Assembly: GCA_040767805.1 (NCBI GenBank)
Contig: JAXGNU010000003.1
Span: 64,001-128,000, forward strand
Source of the DNA: Thermovirgaceae bacterium
GTDB lineage: Bacteria > Synergistota > Synergistia > Synergistales > Thermovirgaceae
Length of the DNA: 64,000 nt
Direction of reading: 5' to 3'
Below, piece after piece: positions 8,894-19,213 of this stretch. Under the pieces are notes generated by a model that made no database searches, had not been told where the DNA came from, and saw only the letters and a program-made list of their open reading frames with translations. Both the position numbers and the translations under genes were made by a program. Numbering within the stretch: position 1 is the stretch's first letter; every line of letters starts with the position of its first letter.

Positions 8894-10723
8894 TCACCTT
8901 TTCTTCAAGGGCACTGTGGCCTCGTTCCAGCCGATCTGCTGTCGGACGACGTTCGCCAGGGCTTGTTGGGCCTGCTCTTCCAGCTTGGCCGTCGATACTA
9001 CGGTCTTCTGTTCCGCCGCCAGGGTGCGCTCCTTCTTAACCCTTATAGACTCCTCCAGCTTGACCTGCCCAGCGTCGTAGGGCCGAGTCACTGGAAGGAC
9101 CATGACCTTGAACCCCTCGGGGAGGACGATGGCGGCGGTCTGTTCAAAGACGAAGGGGAAACGGATATCCCCGGCAACCCTTTTTTCGGCTACCGAACGT
9201 TGCCAGGGCATCACCACCGAGGGCATCCTGAGCAGCAGCCCTTCGCCGCCGGGGATAGCGATCCTAGTATGGATGGGGACCTTGACCCTCAAAGCCGTGC
9301 CGGGCCTTTCCACCGTCACCTCTTGGAGGGATACCCCCGGGGTAGAAGGCCAAGAAAAGGAGGCCAGCATCCTGACCGCGGCGTCTTTCCCGGCGGCGCC
9401 CCCGCCGGCCAGGACCTCGACCCAGGCTCCTCCGGCCGTAACCGTCAAATCGCCCGTGGCCATACCGTCCGGGGCGACTTCGATGGCCCAATTGATGGAA
9501 AGGCGGTGGTCTCCGGGCCCACCCGAAGGCAATACCATTCTCGAAGGAGTGCCTCCATCAAGGTAATGCAGGGTCCTACCCCAGAGCCTCGGCGGCATGG
9601 AACCTGGCTTTACGGCCTGCCCTATCTCGAACATGAAGGGTTTCCCGTCGGCGGGCTTTACCGACAGTACGGGTTTCCCCCATGCCTTTACCGTGGCCGG
9701 CGACCCATCCGGGAGGGGGACCCGCGGGTCCCAGCAGGTTGCCACGCCCCAGCCGGCCTTCCGCAGCCAATCCCCCAGGAGGAACGAGGCCTCCCACTCT
9801 GTCCAGGGGCCCTCTGCCGGTGTCCCGGCGGCCGCCCTGACTAGGTCGGGAGGGAGGGAACGATCGACGCGGTCTGGATCGTTCATGTACTCCATGATGC
9901 CGATCCCCCTCCTCGATCTATCGGGGTCCTTCAAGAGGGACGCTACCCGCGGAGGGGGAGGGGCATCGCGGGAGGCGGCCAGCACGGCGACGTCGGAGAG
10001 AGAGTACTGGATGCCCTTCCTGAGGCTGAATACCAGCCAGCGCCCCTTCCCGGGGGAAAGGGAGGCCCCTTCGTAAGCAGGGGTGTTTATGATGCTCCAG
10101 CTATAGACATCCTCGGCGCCGTCCCTGCTAACATGTGGTTCGGGAAGATCTTCACCCAGCCAGGCCGGTTCAACCCCGGAGGGCACCGCCAGGGTGATCT
10201 TCTGTTCCCACTGGGCAAGGTCAAGGTCGATGGGCACGGCGTCCTCGAGGTTCATCCTCGTGGGGAGGGCCTCCCGGTAGGACAAGGCGAGGATGTTGCC
10301 CTCGAAGTCGTTGGGGAGCCTCACCTCGATCATCCGGACCCCGCCCCTTTCGACCTCCCTCGGGATAAGGGGGAACCTTACCCGGCGGCTGTAAGGGTCA
10401 TAAAGGGCCGATTCCAAGACGGAGGCCTCGCCCCCTTCGGGGATGGGGATCTCCCAGTTTCTCCAGTTGTCGGGTAGGTTTTCGCCCTCGTAGAGGAAAA
10501 GGGTGGTGGTCCTTTCCGTTTTTCCGTCGGCCAGGAGGCGGTAATTTATATCCCTCAGGACCACGGTCCCCTTCCCCAACCCCAGGGCTTGCAGGGAGGG
10601 GGCTTCATCCAGGGTCCTTGAGAGAAGGGCTGGGATGTCCTGACCATGGGCTGTACCGCGAAGGGTGAACGCTACCACTACTATCAGCGCGAAAAAAAAG
10701 GGTCTCGATCTCAAAAGAATCAC
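8894..10723 (-). CDS. Secreted DUF3857 / transglutaminase-like protein, catalytic Cys absent
   Basis: Signal peptide, beta-rich N-domain, TGase-like helix GPWTEWEASFLLGDWLRKAGW, C-terminal I.LPEGF.V..LP segment. Confidence 0.55.
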   Translation of the reverse strand: MILLRSRPFFFALIVVVAFTLRGTAHGQDIPALLSRTLDEAPSLQALGLGKGTVVLRDINYRLLADGKTERTTTLFLYEGENLPDNWRNWEIPIPEGGEASVLESALYDPYSRRVRFPLIPREVERGGVRMIEVRLPNDFEGNILALSYREALPTRMNLEDAVPIDLDLAQWEQKITLAVPSGVEPAWLGEDLPEPHVSRDGAEDVYSWSIINTPAYEGASLSPGKGRWLVFSLRKGIQYSLSDVAVLAASRDAPPPPRVASLLKDPDRSRRGIGIMEYMNDPDRVDRSLPPDLVRAAAGTPAEGPWTEWEASFLLGDWLRKAGWGVATCWDPRVPLPDGSPATVKAWGKPVLSVKPADGKPFMFEIGQAVKPGSMPPRLWGRTLHYLDGGTPSRMVLPSGGPGDHRLSINWAIEVAPDGMATGDLTVTAGGAWVEVLAGGGAAGKDAAVRMLASFSWPSTPGVSLQEVTVERPGTALRVKVPIHTRIAIPGGEGLLLRMPSVVMPWQRSVAEKRVAGDIRFPFVFEQTAAIVLPEGFKVMVLPVTRPYDAGQVKLEESIRVKKERTLAAEQKTVVSTAKLEEQAQQALANVVRQQIGWNEATVPLKKR

Positions 10724-10762
10724 TCCCTCGTACTCGTAGGTGCAGGACGACCGGTCCGGTCC

Positions 10763-13426
10763 TCAGGCATTCTTTCCGCAACAGTGCTTGTACTTTTTCC
10801 CGCTGCCGCAGGGGCAAGGCTGGTTCCTTCCAACCTTCGGGGCGCTCCTCACCGGTTGCGGCCTCGGTGAGTCACCGGGTTCGCCGGCGGCGAGGGGCGA
10901 TACCGCGTCGCGGGTCTCCCTTCGGGAGGCCGTAGGCCTGGCGGGAGCCGAGCCCGGCGTCATCACCGTGACCCTGAAGAAATACTGGGCGAAGGAGAGC
11001 CGAACCCGCTCCATCATCTCCTGGAAAAGATTATAGGATTCAAACTGGTATTCAAGAAGCGGATCCTTTTGGCCGATGGCCCTCAGGCCGATCCCCCGCC
11101 TAAGTTCGTCCATGGCCAGGAGGTGCTCCTTCCAGGCTGAATCGAGGACGTTGAGGAGCAGGAACCTTATCATTTCATTTGCGTTGTCCGTCCCCAGTTC
11201 CTGGATCTTCCCGTCGATCCTCCGGGTGACCTCTTCCATCAGCACTGCACGGGCCGCTTCCAGCCCTTGCGGGGTATCCACACCCTCAAGGTGCTTTTCG
11301 ATGCCCGGCCAAAGGACGCTCTTGAGGGAGACCGACACGGCCTGGGGTTGAGGTTCCCCGCCCTCGGGGAAGAAGCGGTCCAGGATGCCGTCGATGGCGT
11401 CTCCCACCAGTTGGCGGCCATGATCGGCCAGGTCTGGCTCGGTCAGGATCCTCCTCCGTTCCTGGTAAATTGCCTCCCGCTGCTGGTTCATCACGTTGTC
11501 GTACATCAGGAGCTGGCGCCGGATATCGAAGTGGAACTCCTCCACCCGTTTCTGGGCCGTCTCTATGGCCTTGGTAAGCAGGCCGTGCTCTATGTACTCG
11601 CCCTCCTCGAGGCCGAGTTTTTCCATGAATCCGCTTATCCTGTCGGAGCCGAAGAGGCGAAGAAGGTCATCCTCGAGGGAAAGGTAAAAGGTGCTGCAGC
11701 CGGGGTCCCCCTGGCGGCCGCTCCTGCCCCGGAGCTGGTTGTCTATGCGGCGGGACTCGTGCCGTTCCGTGCCGATGATCTTGAGTCCCCCGAGATCGAC
11801 GACGCCGGCATGCTCCCGGTCGCATTCCTCCTTCTTCGCCGCGAGGATCCCCTCGAAGGCCCCGGTGTCGGAGTCGTGGTCAACGCCCTTCTTCTGGGCC
11901 TCCTCCCTGGCCAGGAAAAGGGGGTTCCCCCCCAGGACAATATCGGTCCCGCGACCGGCCATGTTGGTGGCCACCGTCACCGCCCCCAGCCTCCCCGCCT
12001 GGGCTACAATGTGGGCCTCCATCTCGTGGTACTTGGCGTTGAGGATCCTGTGCTCGATCCTCCTGGCCTTCAGGATCTTCCCCAGGGTTTCCGAACTCTC
12101 GATGGAGGTGGTCCCTATCAGGACCGGTTGCCCCGTCCTGTGGGTCTCCTCCACGTCGTCCGCCACGGCGGCGAATTTCTCCCTCCTGGTCCGGAATATC
12201 ACATCGGGATTATCCTTCCTGATCATGGGCATGTGGGTGGGTATCACCAGCACCTCCAGCCCGTAAATGTCCTTGAACTCCTCTTCCTCGGTGGCGGCCG
12301 TTCCCGTCATGCCCGCCACCTTGCCGTACATCCGCACATAGTTCTGGAGGGTTATCGTGGCGAGGGTCTGGTTCTCCTTTCCGACGCTGACCCTCTCCTT
12401 GGCCTCTATCGCCTGGTGAAGCCCGTCGGAGTACCTTCTCCCGAACATCAGCCTCCCGGTGAACTCGTCAACGATCACTATCTCGCCGTCCTTGTTGACG
12501 TAATGGACATCCCTCTGGAAAAGGTGGTGGGCCTTCAGGGCCTGGACGATCCTGTGACCCAGCTCGGACCTCTGGTAGTCGGTGAAAAGGTCGGGCAGGC
12601 CGAGAATCTTTTCGCACTTGGCTATCCCCGCCTCGGTGAGGGCTACGTTCCGCTCCTTCTCCTCCAGTTCGAAGTCCTCCCCCTGGCGGAGCCTCCTGGC
12701 GACGTCGTCGGCTTTCCTATAGACCTCCACGTTGTCCTCGGAGGGACCCGAGATGATGAGGGGCGTCCTAGCCTCGTCGATGAGGATGGAGTCGACCTCG
12801 TCGAGGATTATGTAGGAATGCTCCCGCTGGACCAGCTGGGAGGCGAGGATGGCCATGTTATCCCTGAGGTAGTCAAAACCGAATTCGCTGTTGGTGCCGT
12901 AGGTCACGTCGGCCCTGTAGGCCTCCATCCTTTCGCCTTGGTCCATGAAGGCGTAGATCACGCCCACGGAGAGCCCGAGATACCTGTAGATCGGCCCCAT
13001 CCACTCGGCGTCCCGCTTGGCCAGGTAGTCGTTGACCGTGACCAGGTGCACCCCTTCGCCTTTCAGGGCGTTCAAGGCCACGGCCAGGGTCGCCACCAAG
13101 GTCTTGCCTTCGCCGGTCTTCATCTCGGCGATCTTGCCCTCGTGGAGGGCCATCCCCCCCATGAGCTGTACATCGAAATGCCGGAGTCCCAGGGTCCTCC
13201 TCGATGCCTCCCTGACGGCGGCAAAGACCTCGGGGAGCATTTCATCGAGGGCTTCACCCTTCATGGCCCTCTGCCTGAAAAGAGGCCCCAGGCCGGCCAG
13301 TTCGACCTCGGGAAGGGATCGCATCGACCCTTCCAGGTCATTTATCCTGGTCACGACCGTGGCGTAGCGCTTAAGGGTCCTTTCGTTACGATCGAGCCCC
13401 AGGGTCTTCTTCAATGCTTCAAACAT
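10763..13426 (-). CDS. secA: Preprotein translocase ATPase SecA
   Basis: [49 protein letters not shown] motif [12 protein letters not shown]. Confidence 0.99.
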   Translation of the reverse strand: MFEALKKTLGLDRNERTLKRYATVVTRINDLEGSMRSLPEVELAGLGPLFRQRAMKGEALDEMLPEVFAAVREASRRTLGLRHFDVQLMGGMALHEGKIAEMKTGEGKTLVATLAVALNALKGEGVHLVTVNDYLAKRDAEWMGPIYRYLGLSVGVIYAFMDQGERMEAYRADVTYGTNSEFGFDYLRDNMAILASQLVQREHSYIILDEVDSILIDEARTPLIISGPSEDNVEVYRKADDVARRLRQGEDFELEEKERNVALTEAGIAKCEKILGLPDLFTDYQRSELGHRIVQALKAHHLFQRDVHYVNKDGEIVIVDEFTGRLMFGRRYSDGLHQAIEAKERVSVGKENQTLATITLQNYVRMYGKVAGMTGTAATEEEEFKDIYGLEVLVIPTHMPMIRKDNPDVIFRTRREKFAAVADDVEETHRTGQPVLIGTTSIESSETLGKILKARRIEHRILNAKYHEMEAHIVAQAGRLGAVTVATNMAGRGTDIVLGGNPLFLAREEAQKKGVDHDSDTGAFEGILAAKKEECDREHAGVVDLGGLKIIGTERHESRRIDNQLRGRSGRQGDPGCSTFYLSLEDDLLRLFGSDRISGFMEKLGLEEGEYIEHGLLTKAIETAQKRVEEFHFDIRRQLLMYDNVMNQQREAIYQERRRILTEPDLADHGRQLVGDAIDGILDRFFPEGGEPQPQAVSVSLKSVLWPGIEKHLEGVDTPQGLEAARAVLMEEVTRRIDGKIQELGTDNANEMIRFLLLNVLDSAWKEHLLAMDELRRGIGLRAIGQKDPLLEYQFESYNLFQEMMERVRLSFAQYFFRVTVMTPGSAPARPTASRRETRDAVSPLAAGEPGDSPRPQPVRSAPKVGRNQPCPCGSGKKYKHCCGKNA

Positions 13427-13475
13427 TCATTTCACCTCGATCGGCGTCGAAGCGGGGAGCGCTCCTCAAAGTGTC

Positions 13476-13504
13476 ATTATATTCCCCCCCGTAGGGAGCG
13501 TCAA
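13476..13504 (-). promoter_or_regulatory. Sigma70-type promoter of secA
   Basis: TTGACG-N17-TATAAT on the minus strand. Confidence 0.8.
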
Positions 13505-13541
13505 AAAAGGGGCGGCCCCTATTCAGTTGACGGGCCGCCCC
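13503..13541 (-). terminator. Intrinsic terminator after pgsA; U-tract overlaps the secA -35 box
   Basis: GGGGCGGCCC...GGGCCGCCCC stem followed by TTTTTT on the minus strand. Confidence 0.75.
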
Positions 13542-13575
13542 GGGGAACCTCTTGAAGGGTGGAAAAAAGGGGGGG

Positions 13576-14119
13576 TCAGGAAAGGAGGCTTTTAGCCTTG
13601 ACCAGGTACTCCATCCCGGACCACAGCGTGGCGACCAGGGCGACCCACATGGCCGGTAGCCCCCCGGGAAGGTCGAAGATCATGAGGAGGATGGCTATGA
13701 CCTGGGTAACGGTCTTTACCTTTCCACCCCTCGACGCAGAGATCACCACTCCCTCCGAGGCGGCGACCATTCGGAGGCCGGTCACGAAGAACTCCCTGGA
13801 AAGGATAATGACCACGATCCAGGCCGGCAGCCGCTGAAGTTGGACAAGGGAGATCAGGGCGGCGATCACGAGTATCTTGTCGGCCAGGGGATCGATGATC
13901 TTGCCCAGGTTGGTGACCATGCCGTGCTTCCTGGCGAAGTACCCGTCGAAGGTATCGGTGAGAGCCGCAATGGTGAAGACCAGCCCGGCGAGTATGTCAC
14001 CGAAGGGGAGCCCCAAAATGTTGCCGAACTGACCCCTGAGGGTGAGGAAGACCATGACAAGGGGGGCTAGAAAGACCCTGGAGAGGCTCAGGACGTTGGG
14101 CAGATTCCAGATATTCAGG
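13576..14119 (-). CDS. pgsA: CDP-diacylglycerol--glycerol-3-phosphate 3-phosphatidyltransferase
   Basis: TDTFDGYFAR...GKIIDPLADK. The frame extends upstream of the tracked ORF through NIWNLPNVLSLSR; the start codon is unclear. Confidence 0.92.
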
Positions 14120-14183
14120 GCTCACGCACCTCCAGCACCGCGTTTAGGGAGGGTCCCCGCTCCGCGGAGGGACCCCCTTCGCC

Positions 14184-14888
14184 CTACCCTCCCAGGTAGG
14201 CTTCACGGACCTTCGGGTCATTCAACAGTTGCTTACCCGTACCCAAGAGCACAATCCTTCCAACTTCCAGGACGTAGGCCGCGTCGGCGATCTTAAGAGC
14301 GGCATAGGCGTTCTGCTCCACCAGCAGGACTGTCTTGCCCTCGTTGTTTATGGCCTGGATAATATCGAAGACATCCTTCACCAGGATGGGCGCCAGCCCC
14401 AGTGAAGGCTCATCGAGCATAAGGAGGCTGGGCGAACCCATAAGGGCCCTGCCGACGGCAAGCATCTGCTGCTCCCCGCCGGAGAGGGTGCCCCCCTTTT
14501 GCCATGCCCTCTCCTTGAGCCTGGGGAAGAGTTCATATACCCAGGCGAGGTCACGGTCGATCCCCTCCGGGTCGTTTCTGCTGAAAGCGCCGAGCTTGAG
14601 GTTCTCCAGTACGGTGAGGTGGGGGAGGATCTTCCTCCCCTCCGGCGCCATCATTATCCCCGACTTGACTATGTCTTCCGGGGCAAGGCCGGAGATCTCC
14701 CTGCCCTCGAGCTCTATGGAACCGCTGCTTTTTTTGACGATCCCGGCGATAGCCCGGAGGGTGGAACTTTTCCCCGCGCCGTTGGCCCCGATGAGGGTGA
14801 CGACCTTGCCCCTGGGCACTTCCAGGGAGATCCCCTTGATGGCATGTATCCCGCCGTAATGGACGTGGAGGTCCTTTATACTAAGCAT
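14184..14888 (-). CDS. livF: Branched-chain amino acid ABC transporter ATPase
   Basis: GANGAGKS, PEGR, LSGGEQQMLA, DEPSLGLAP, VEQN, AYLGG. Confidence 0.95.
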   Translation of the reverse strand: MLSIKDLHVHYGGIHAIKGISLEVPRGKVVTLIGANGAGKSSTLRAIAGIVKKSSGSIELEGREISGLAPEDIVKSGIMMAPEGRKILPHLTVLENLKLGAFSRNDPEGIDRDLAWVYELFPRLKERAWQKGGTLSGGEQQMLAVGRALMGSPSLLMLDEPSLGLAPILVKDVFDIIQAINNEGKTVLLVEQNAYAALKIADAAYVLEVGRIVLLGTGKQLLNDPKVREAYLGG

Positions 14889-15668
14889 CGCGGACGTACT
14901 CCTCTCCAAGGTAGGCCTCGATGACTTTCTGATTGGATCGGATCTCCTCGGGCCGGCCCTCGGCTATGGTCACGCCATAATCGAGTACCCATATGTGTTC
15001 GCAGATACCCATCACTACCCTCATGTCATGCTCTATCAGCAGTATGGTCAGGTTGAACCTGGTCCTGATATCCTTGACGAAACCCATCAGTTCCTGAGTC
15101 TCGTTGGGGTTCATGCCGGCGGCCGGTTCGTCGAGGAGGAGGAAGGTCGGGTCCGTGGCCAGGGCCCTGGCCAACTCCAGCAGCACTCGCTGGGCGCCAT
15201 AGGCCCCCCGATTCCTCGTCGGCAAGATGCTTAAGGCCCACGGCATCGAGCAGGAGCTGGGGCTTCTCCCGCAACTCCCCTCTCCTCTTTCCAGAAGGAA
15301 GGCAGGTTGAGAAGGGCGTGCCACCAGGTGGTGCCCTGGCGGACCCTGGCCCCCACCATGACGTTCTGGATGACACTGGCCGTGTGGAAAAGCCTGATGT
15401 TCTGGAAGGTCCTGGCTATCCCGGCCGAGCATACCTTGTGGGGAAGCCACCCCGTGATATCCTGCCCGTTGAAAAGGATCTTCCCCTCCGTCGGTTTGTA
15501 AAAACCCGTCACCATGTTGAAGCAGGTGGTCTTTCCAGCGCCGTTCGGCCCGATAAGGCCAACGATGCTGCCCCTGGGGATACGCACCGAGAAGTCCCTG
15601 ACGGCGACGAGGCCGCCGAAACGTATTGTGAGGGCATCTGTCTCGAGGACGGCGTCACTATTGGGCAT
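14881..15668 (-). pseudogene. livG: Branched-chain amino acid ABC transporter ATPase with 2 apparent frameshifts
   Basis: GPNGAGKTT and ARTFQNIRLF in one frame, ELREK...LADEESG in a second, YGAQR...LLLDEPAAG...IEHDM...AYLG in a third. Shifts near 15280 and 15205. Confidence 0.85.
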
Positions 15669-16717
15669 CAGGCTTCTCTCCTTTTCCGGAAGAGGCCGAA
15701 GAGCCAGTCCCAGCTGAATTCACGCCTCCCCATGATCCCCTGGTGCCTGAAAAGGATGATGAACAGGAGTGCCAGGGAGAACACCACCATCCGCATGCCC
15801 GGTACCCCGGGAACCGTCATGCCGGCGAAGGTGATCGGGTTCTCGACGAACCGGAGCCATTCGAGCAGGACGGTGATCACGATGCCCGCCAGGACCGTGC
15901 CGGTGATCGAGCCAAGTCCCCCCGTCACCACGATCATCAGCACGTTGAAGGTCAGGGTGAAGATGAACATCCTCGGGTCGATCGTTGTAAGGAGACTTGC
16001 CAACAGGGCCCCTCCCACGCCGGCGAAGAAAGCGCCGATCGTGAAGGATGTCAGCCGGTAGCGGAATGTATTGATCCCCATGGCCCGTGCCGCAACCTCG
16101 TCGTCCCTTATCGCCTTGAGGGCGTTCCCGAAGTTGCTCCGCACGAGGCGGATCATCACGTAGAGGGTCAGGAGGCACCAGCCGTAGTTCCACCAGAGGT
16201 TTGAATAGGAAGGGATCCCTTTCAAACCCAGGGCCCCGTTGGTGACGCGGGGCATGTTGTTGGCCAGCACCCTTATGATCTCGGCGAAACCGAGGGTCGC
16301 TATCCCGAGATAATCCCCCCCGAGCCTTAGGACCGGAAGGCCTATCAGGAAACCGAAAAAGGCGGCCGCCAGGCCGGCGATGATGACGGCGATGAAAAAG
16401 GGTGCGTGCATCACCGAAAAGGGCCAAATGGGAGCCTGGAGGAGGAACATGGTCTGTTTGTACGTGGCGGGCAGGATGAGAAGGGAGCAGGTGTAGGCCC
16501 CGATGGCCATGAAACCGGCGTGGCCCAGCGAGAAAAGCCCGGTGAACCCGTAGATGAGGTTCAGGCTCAAGGCGAGAATGATGTTGACCGCTATAAGGTT
16601 CATTATCTGGATCTTGTAACCGTCTAAGTTGGCCTTGGACCAGAAAAGGGCGCCGACCAGGAGGAGAACAGCGATCCCGTTGAGGGCGTAATTTCTTTTA
16701 TTCTTCGGGTCCATCAC
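15668..16717 (-). CDS. livM: Branched-chain amino acid ABC transporter permease
   Basis: SLGHAGF, GDYLGIATLGFAE, AIRDDE.AA, GGLGS. Confidence 0.95.
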   Translation of the reverse strand: MMDPKNKRNYALNGIAVLLLVGALFWSKANLDGYKIQIMNLIAVNIILALSLNLIYGFTGLFSLGHAGFMAIGAYTCSLLILPATYKQTMFLLQAPIWPFSVMHAPFFIAVIIAGLAAAFFGFLIGLPVLRLGGDYLGIATLGFAEIIRVLANNMPRVTNGALGLKGIPSYSNLWWNYGWCLLTLYVMIRLVRSNFGNALKAIRDDEVAARAMGINTFRYRLTSFTIGAFFAGVGGALLASLLTTIDPRMFIFTLTFNVLMIVVTGGLGSITGTVLAGIVITVLLEWLRFVENPITFAGMTVPGVPGMRMVVFSLALLFIILFRHQGIMGRREFSWDWLFGLFRKRREA

Positions 16718-17607
16718 ACTTTATCCTCCAGCTTCTCACCCATGAGCCCCGTGGGCATGATGAGAAGGATGATGATCAAAAGAATGAAGGCGAAGGCGTC
16801 CCTGAAACCTGCCAGGGAAGGCATGAAGGCCACGATCATGATCTCCATAAGGCCGAGGACCATCCCCCCGATGACCGCTCCCTGAATGGAGCCAATGCCC
16901 CCGAAAACCGCCGCGATGAAAGCCTTGAAACCCGGTATGACGCCCATCACCGGTTGTAGCTGGGGGTACCTCAGGGCCCACATTATCCCTGAAGCGGCCG
17001 CCAGGGCGGAACCCATCCCGAAGGTAAGGGCTATTATCCTGTTCACGGGCACTCCCATGAGGCGGCTCGTCTCGATGTCCCTCGAGATAGCCCTCATGCC
17101 GAGGCCGGGCTTGGTCTTGTACACCACGTAAAGCAGTCCCATCATCAGGACGAAGGATAGCGCCGGGACAACGAGGGTCAGCGGGAGGATCCTCACCTTG
17201 CCGACGATGATCACCTTTACAAGCCATGCCGGGCGCTGCACTTCCCTGGGTATGGCGGAGAAAACGACGATCGCGAAGTTCTGCAGAAAAAAGGAAACCC
17301 CGATAGCGCTTATCAGGGCCGAGATCCTGGGGGCGTTCCGCAAGGGTTTGTAGGCCACCCTGTCAACGATGACCCCGGCGAAAGAGGTCACCACGATGGC
17401 CCCGATGACGGCGATGAACCAGGGAAGGCGGAAAAGGGTCACCCCCCAGAAGACAAAGTAGGCACCCAGCATGAAGATCTCGCCATGGGCGAAGTTGATC
17501 AGCCTCAAGATGCCGTAGACCATGGTGTAACCGATGGCTATGAGGGCGTAGAGGCTCCCGAGGGTGAGTCCGTTTAAAAGGTGCTGGACGAACATAGCCA
17601 GGCTCAT
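16714..17607 (-). CDS. livH: Branched-chain amino acid ABC transporter permease
   Basis: YALIAIGYTMVYG, INFAHGE, GGIGS, PTGLMG. Confidence 0.95.
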   Translation of the reverse strand: MSLAMFVQHLLNGLTLGSLYALIAIGYTMVYGILRLINFAHGEIFMLGAYFVFWGVTLFRLPWFIAVIGAIVVTSFAGVIVDRVAYKPLRNAPRISALISAIGVSFFLQNFAIVVFSAIPREVQRPAWLVKVIIVGKVRILPLTLVVPALSFVLMMGLLYVVYKTKPGLGMRAISRDIETSRLMGVPVNRIIALTFGMGSALAAASGIMWALRYPQLQPVMGVIPGFKAFIAAVFGGIGSIQGAVIGGMVLGLMEIMIVAFMPSLAGFRDAFAFILLIIILLIMPTGLMGEKLEDKV

Positions 17608-17631
17608 GTGTGCTCCCCCTTGCGATCACGT

Positions 17632-17665
17632 AAAAGGCGGGGGAGGGAACTCTTTCCTCCCCCGC
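17632..17665 (-). terminator. Terminator or stabilising hairpin after the binding-protein gene
   Basis: GCGGGGGAGG...CCTCCCCCGC followed by CTTTT on the minus strand; a second hairpin lies at 17679-17695. Confidence 0.65.
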
Positions 17666-17716
17666 GCGAACCGCGACGGCTCTCCCGTGGAGAGCGGCTT
17701 GGATCAAAAGTACAGT

Positions 17717-18955
17717 TTACAGTTCGGGAGTGATCGTTGCAATATACTGCTTCTTGCCATCCTTGATCTGCACGATGCCGATGGGCTTCTCGGCGTCGTG
17801 GGTCTCGTTGATGGTGGTGAGCCCGGTCACACCCTCGAAATCCTTGGTGGCTGCCAGCGCGGCGGTGATCGCTTCAGGGTCGGTGCTGCCGGCCCTCTCG
17901 ATGGCATCGGCGAGGATCATGTAGGAGTCATAACCGAGGGCAGCGTTGACGTTCGGGTCATCGGAGCGCTTGGCCAGCCAGTTGTCGGTAAAACGCCTGG
18001 CGACGGGGTTCATCTCCTTCATCGAAGGATCGTAGGGGAAAGTCGTGTGGACGAACCCCTCGACGGCATCGCCGCCGATCTCGACGATCTTGGGGTTGTC
18101 CATGGCATCCCCGCCCATGATCTGGAAGTCCACGCCCAGTTCCTGGGCCTGCTTCATTATGATGGCTCCCTCGGCGAAGTAAGCCGGGATGAACATGATG
18201 TCGGGTTCCTTGCTGATGATCTCGGTCAACTGTGCGGTGAAGTCCTGGTCGCCGGAGTTGTAATTCAACTTGGCTACGATCTCTCCCCCGAGTTTAAGGA
18301 AGGATTTCTCGAAGAAACCGGCAAGCCCCACTGCATAGTCGTTGGCCACGTCGGTCAGCAGGGCCGCCTTCTTGGCGCCGATGACCTTGTAGGCGTAGGT
18401 GGCGGCTCCAGCTCCCTGGAGGGGGTCGATGAAGCAAACGCGGAAGATGTACTTCTTGCCCTGGGTGACTAGGGGGTTCGTGCAGGAGGTCCCGACCATC
18501 GGGATGCCGGCGCTTTCGGCCACTTCACCGCCGGCCATCGCGAGGGACGACCCGTAGGAACCGATCACGGCCACGACGTTATCCCTTTCGATGAGCCGTT
18601 TCACGGCATTGGCCGACTCCACCTTGTCGGACTTGTTGTCCACGACGCTGAGCTCCACCTTCCTGCCGAGCACCTCGGGCTTCTCCTCATGGGCCATCTT
18701 GACGCCGTCGAGCTCCAGCTGGCCGCCGAAGGCGTTCTGACCGGTCAGGGGAAGGTAGACGCCCACGTGGATCACGCCGCCCTCAACCGCCGCTTGCTCC
18801 TCTTCAGGCTCTTCCGGCTCTTCCGCTGGTTCAGGCGCGGGCGCTTCAGCGGCGGGTTCCGGTGCCGGGGCCTCGGGTGCCTTCTGCCCCTGGATCATCA
18901 TGAACCCTATGACCGCGATCACCACGATCACACCCAATACAAGACCTTTTTTCAC
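17717..18955 (-). CDS. Branched-chain amino acid ABC transporter substrate-binding protein (LivJ/LivK family)
   Basis: PLTG, VIGSYGS, FRVCFID..QG, DFTAQLT, LGYD, GVTG; first gene of the liv operon. Confidence 0.93.
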   Translation of the reverse strand: MKKGLVLGVIVVIAVIGFMMIQGQKAPEAPAPEPAAEAPAPEPAEEPEEPEEEQAAVEGGVIHVGVYLPLTGQNAFGGQLELDGVKMAHEEKPEVLGRKVELSVVDNKSDKVESANAVKRLIERDNVVAVIGSYGSSLAMAGGEVAESAGIPMVGTSCTNPLVTQGKKYIFRVCFIDPLQGAGAATYAYKVIGAKKAALLTDVANDYAVGLAGFFEKSFLKLGGEIVAKLNYNSGDQDFTAQLTEIISKEPDIMFIPAYFAEGAIIMKQAQELGVDFQIMGGDAMDNPKIVEIGGDAVEGFVHTTFPYDPSMKEMNPVARRFTDNWLAKRSDDPNVNAALGYDSYMILADAIERAGSTDPEAITAALAATKDFEGVTGLTTINETHDAEKPIGIVQIKDGKKQYIATITPEL

Positions 18956-19213
18956 TTAAGCTCACCTCCAGATGTATTGTCACCGTAAAACCGATTCTAC
19001 ACGATTCCGGCTTCCAGGGCACCAGGATGCCCCTCACAAAAGGGTCAACCACCTCTCTTCCCACGAAAGGCCGCCCCCGAAGAGGTCAGGCACCGACCCC
19101 TCCGGAAGCGGGTACAGGCTTCACAAAACCCTTGCGCTTAACGCGATCATTATACTCTATCGAAGGAATATTGTACCGAGAGAGTTGACTATCAATGTCT
19201 TTTCTTTGGGTGG

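Noticed and set aside
11267..13555. Long plus-strand ORFs antisense to secA (762 aa), and similar ones opposite argS, dnaK, dnaJ, fba, glyA and thrS
   Set aside because: Shadow ORFs expected from GC-rich codon usage; they show no motifs and fully overlap well-supported genes.
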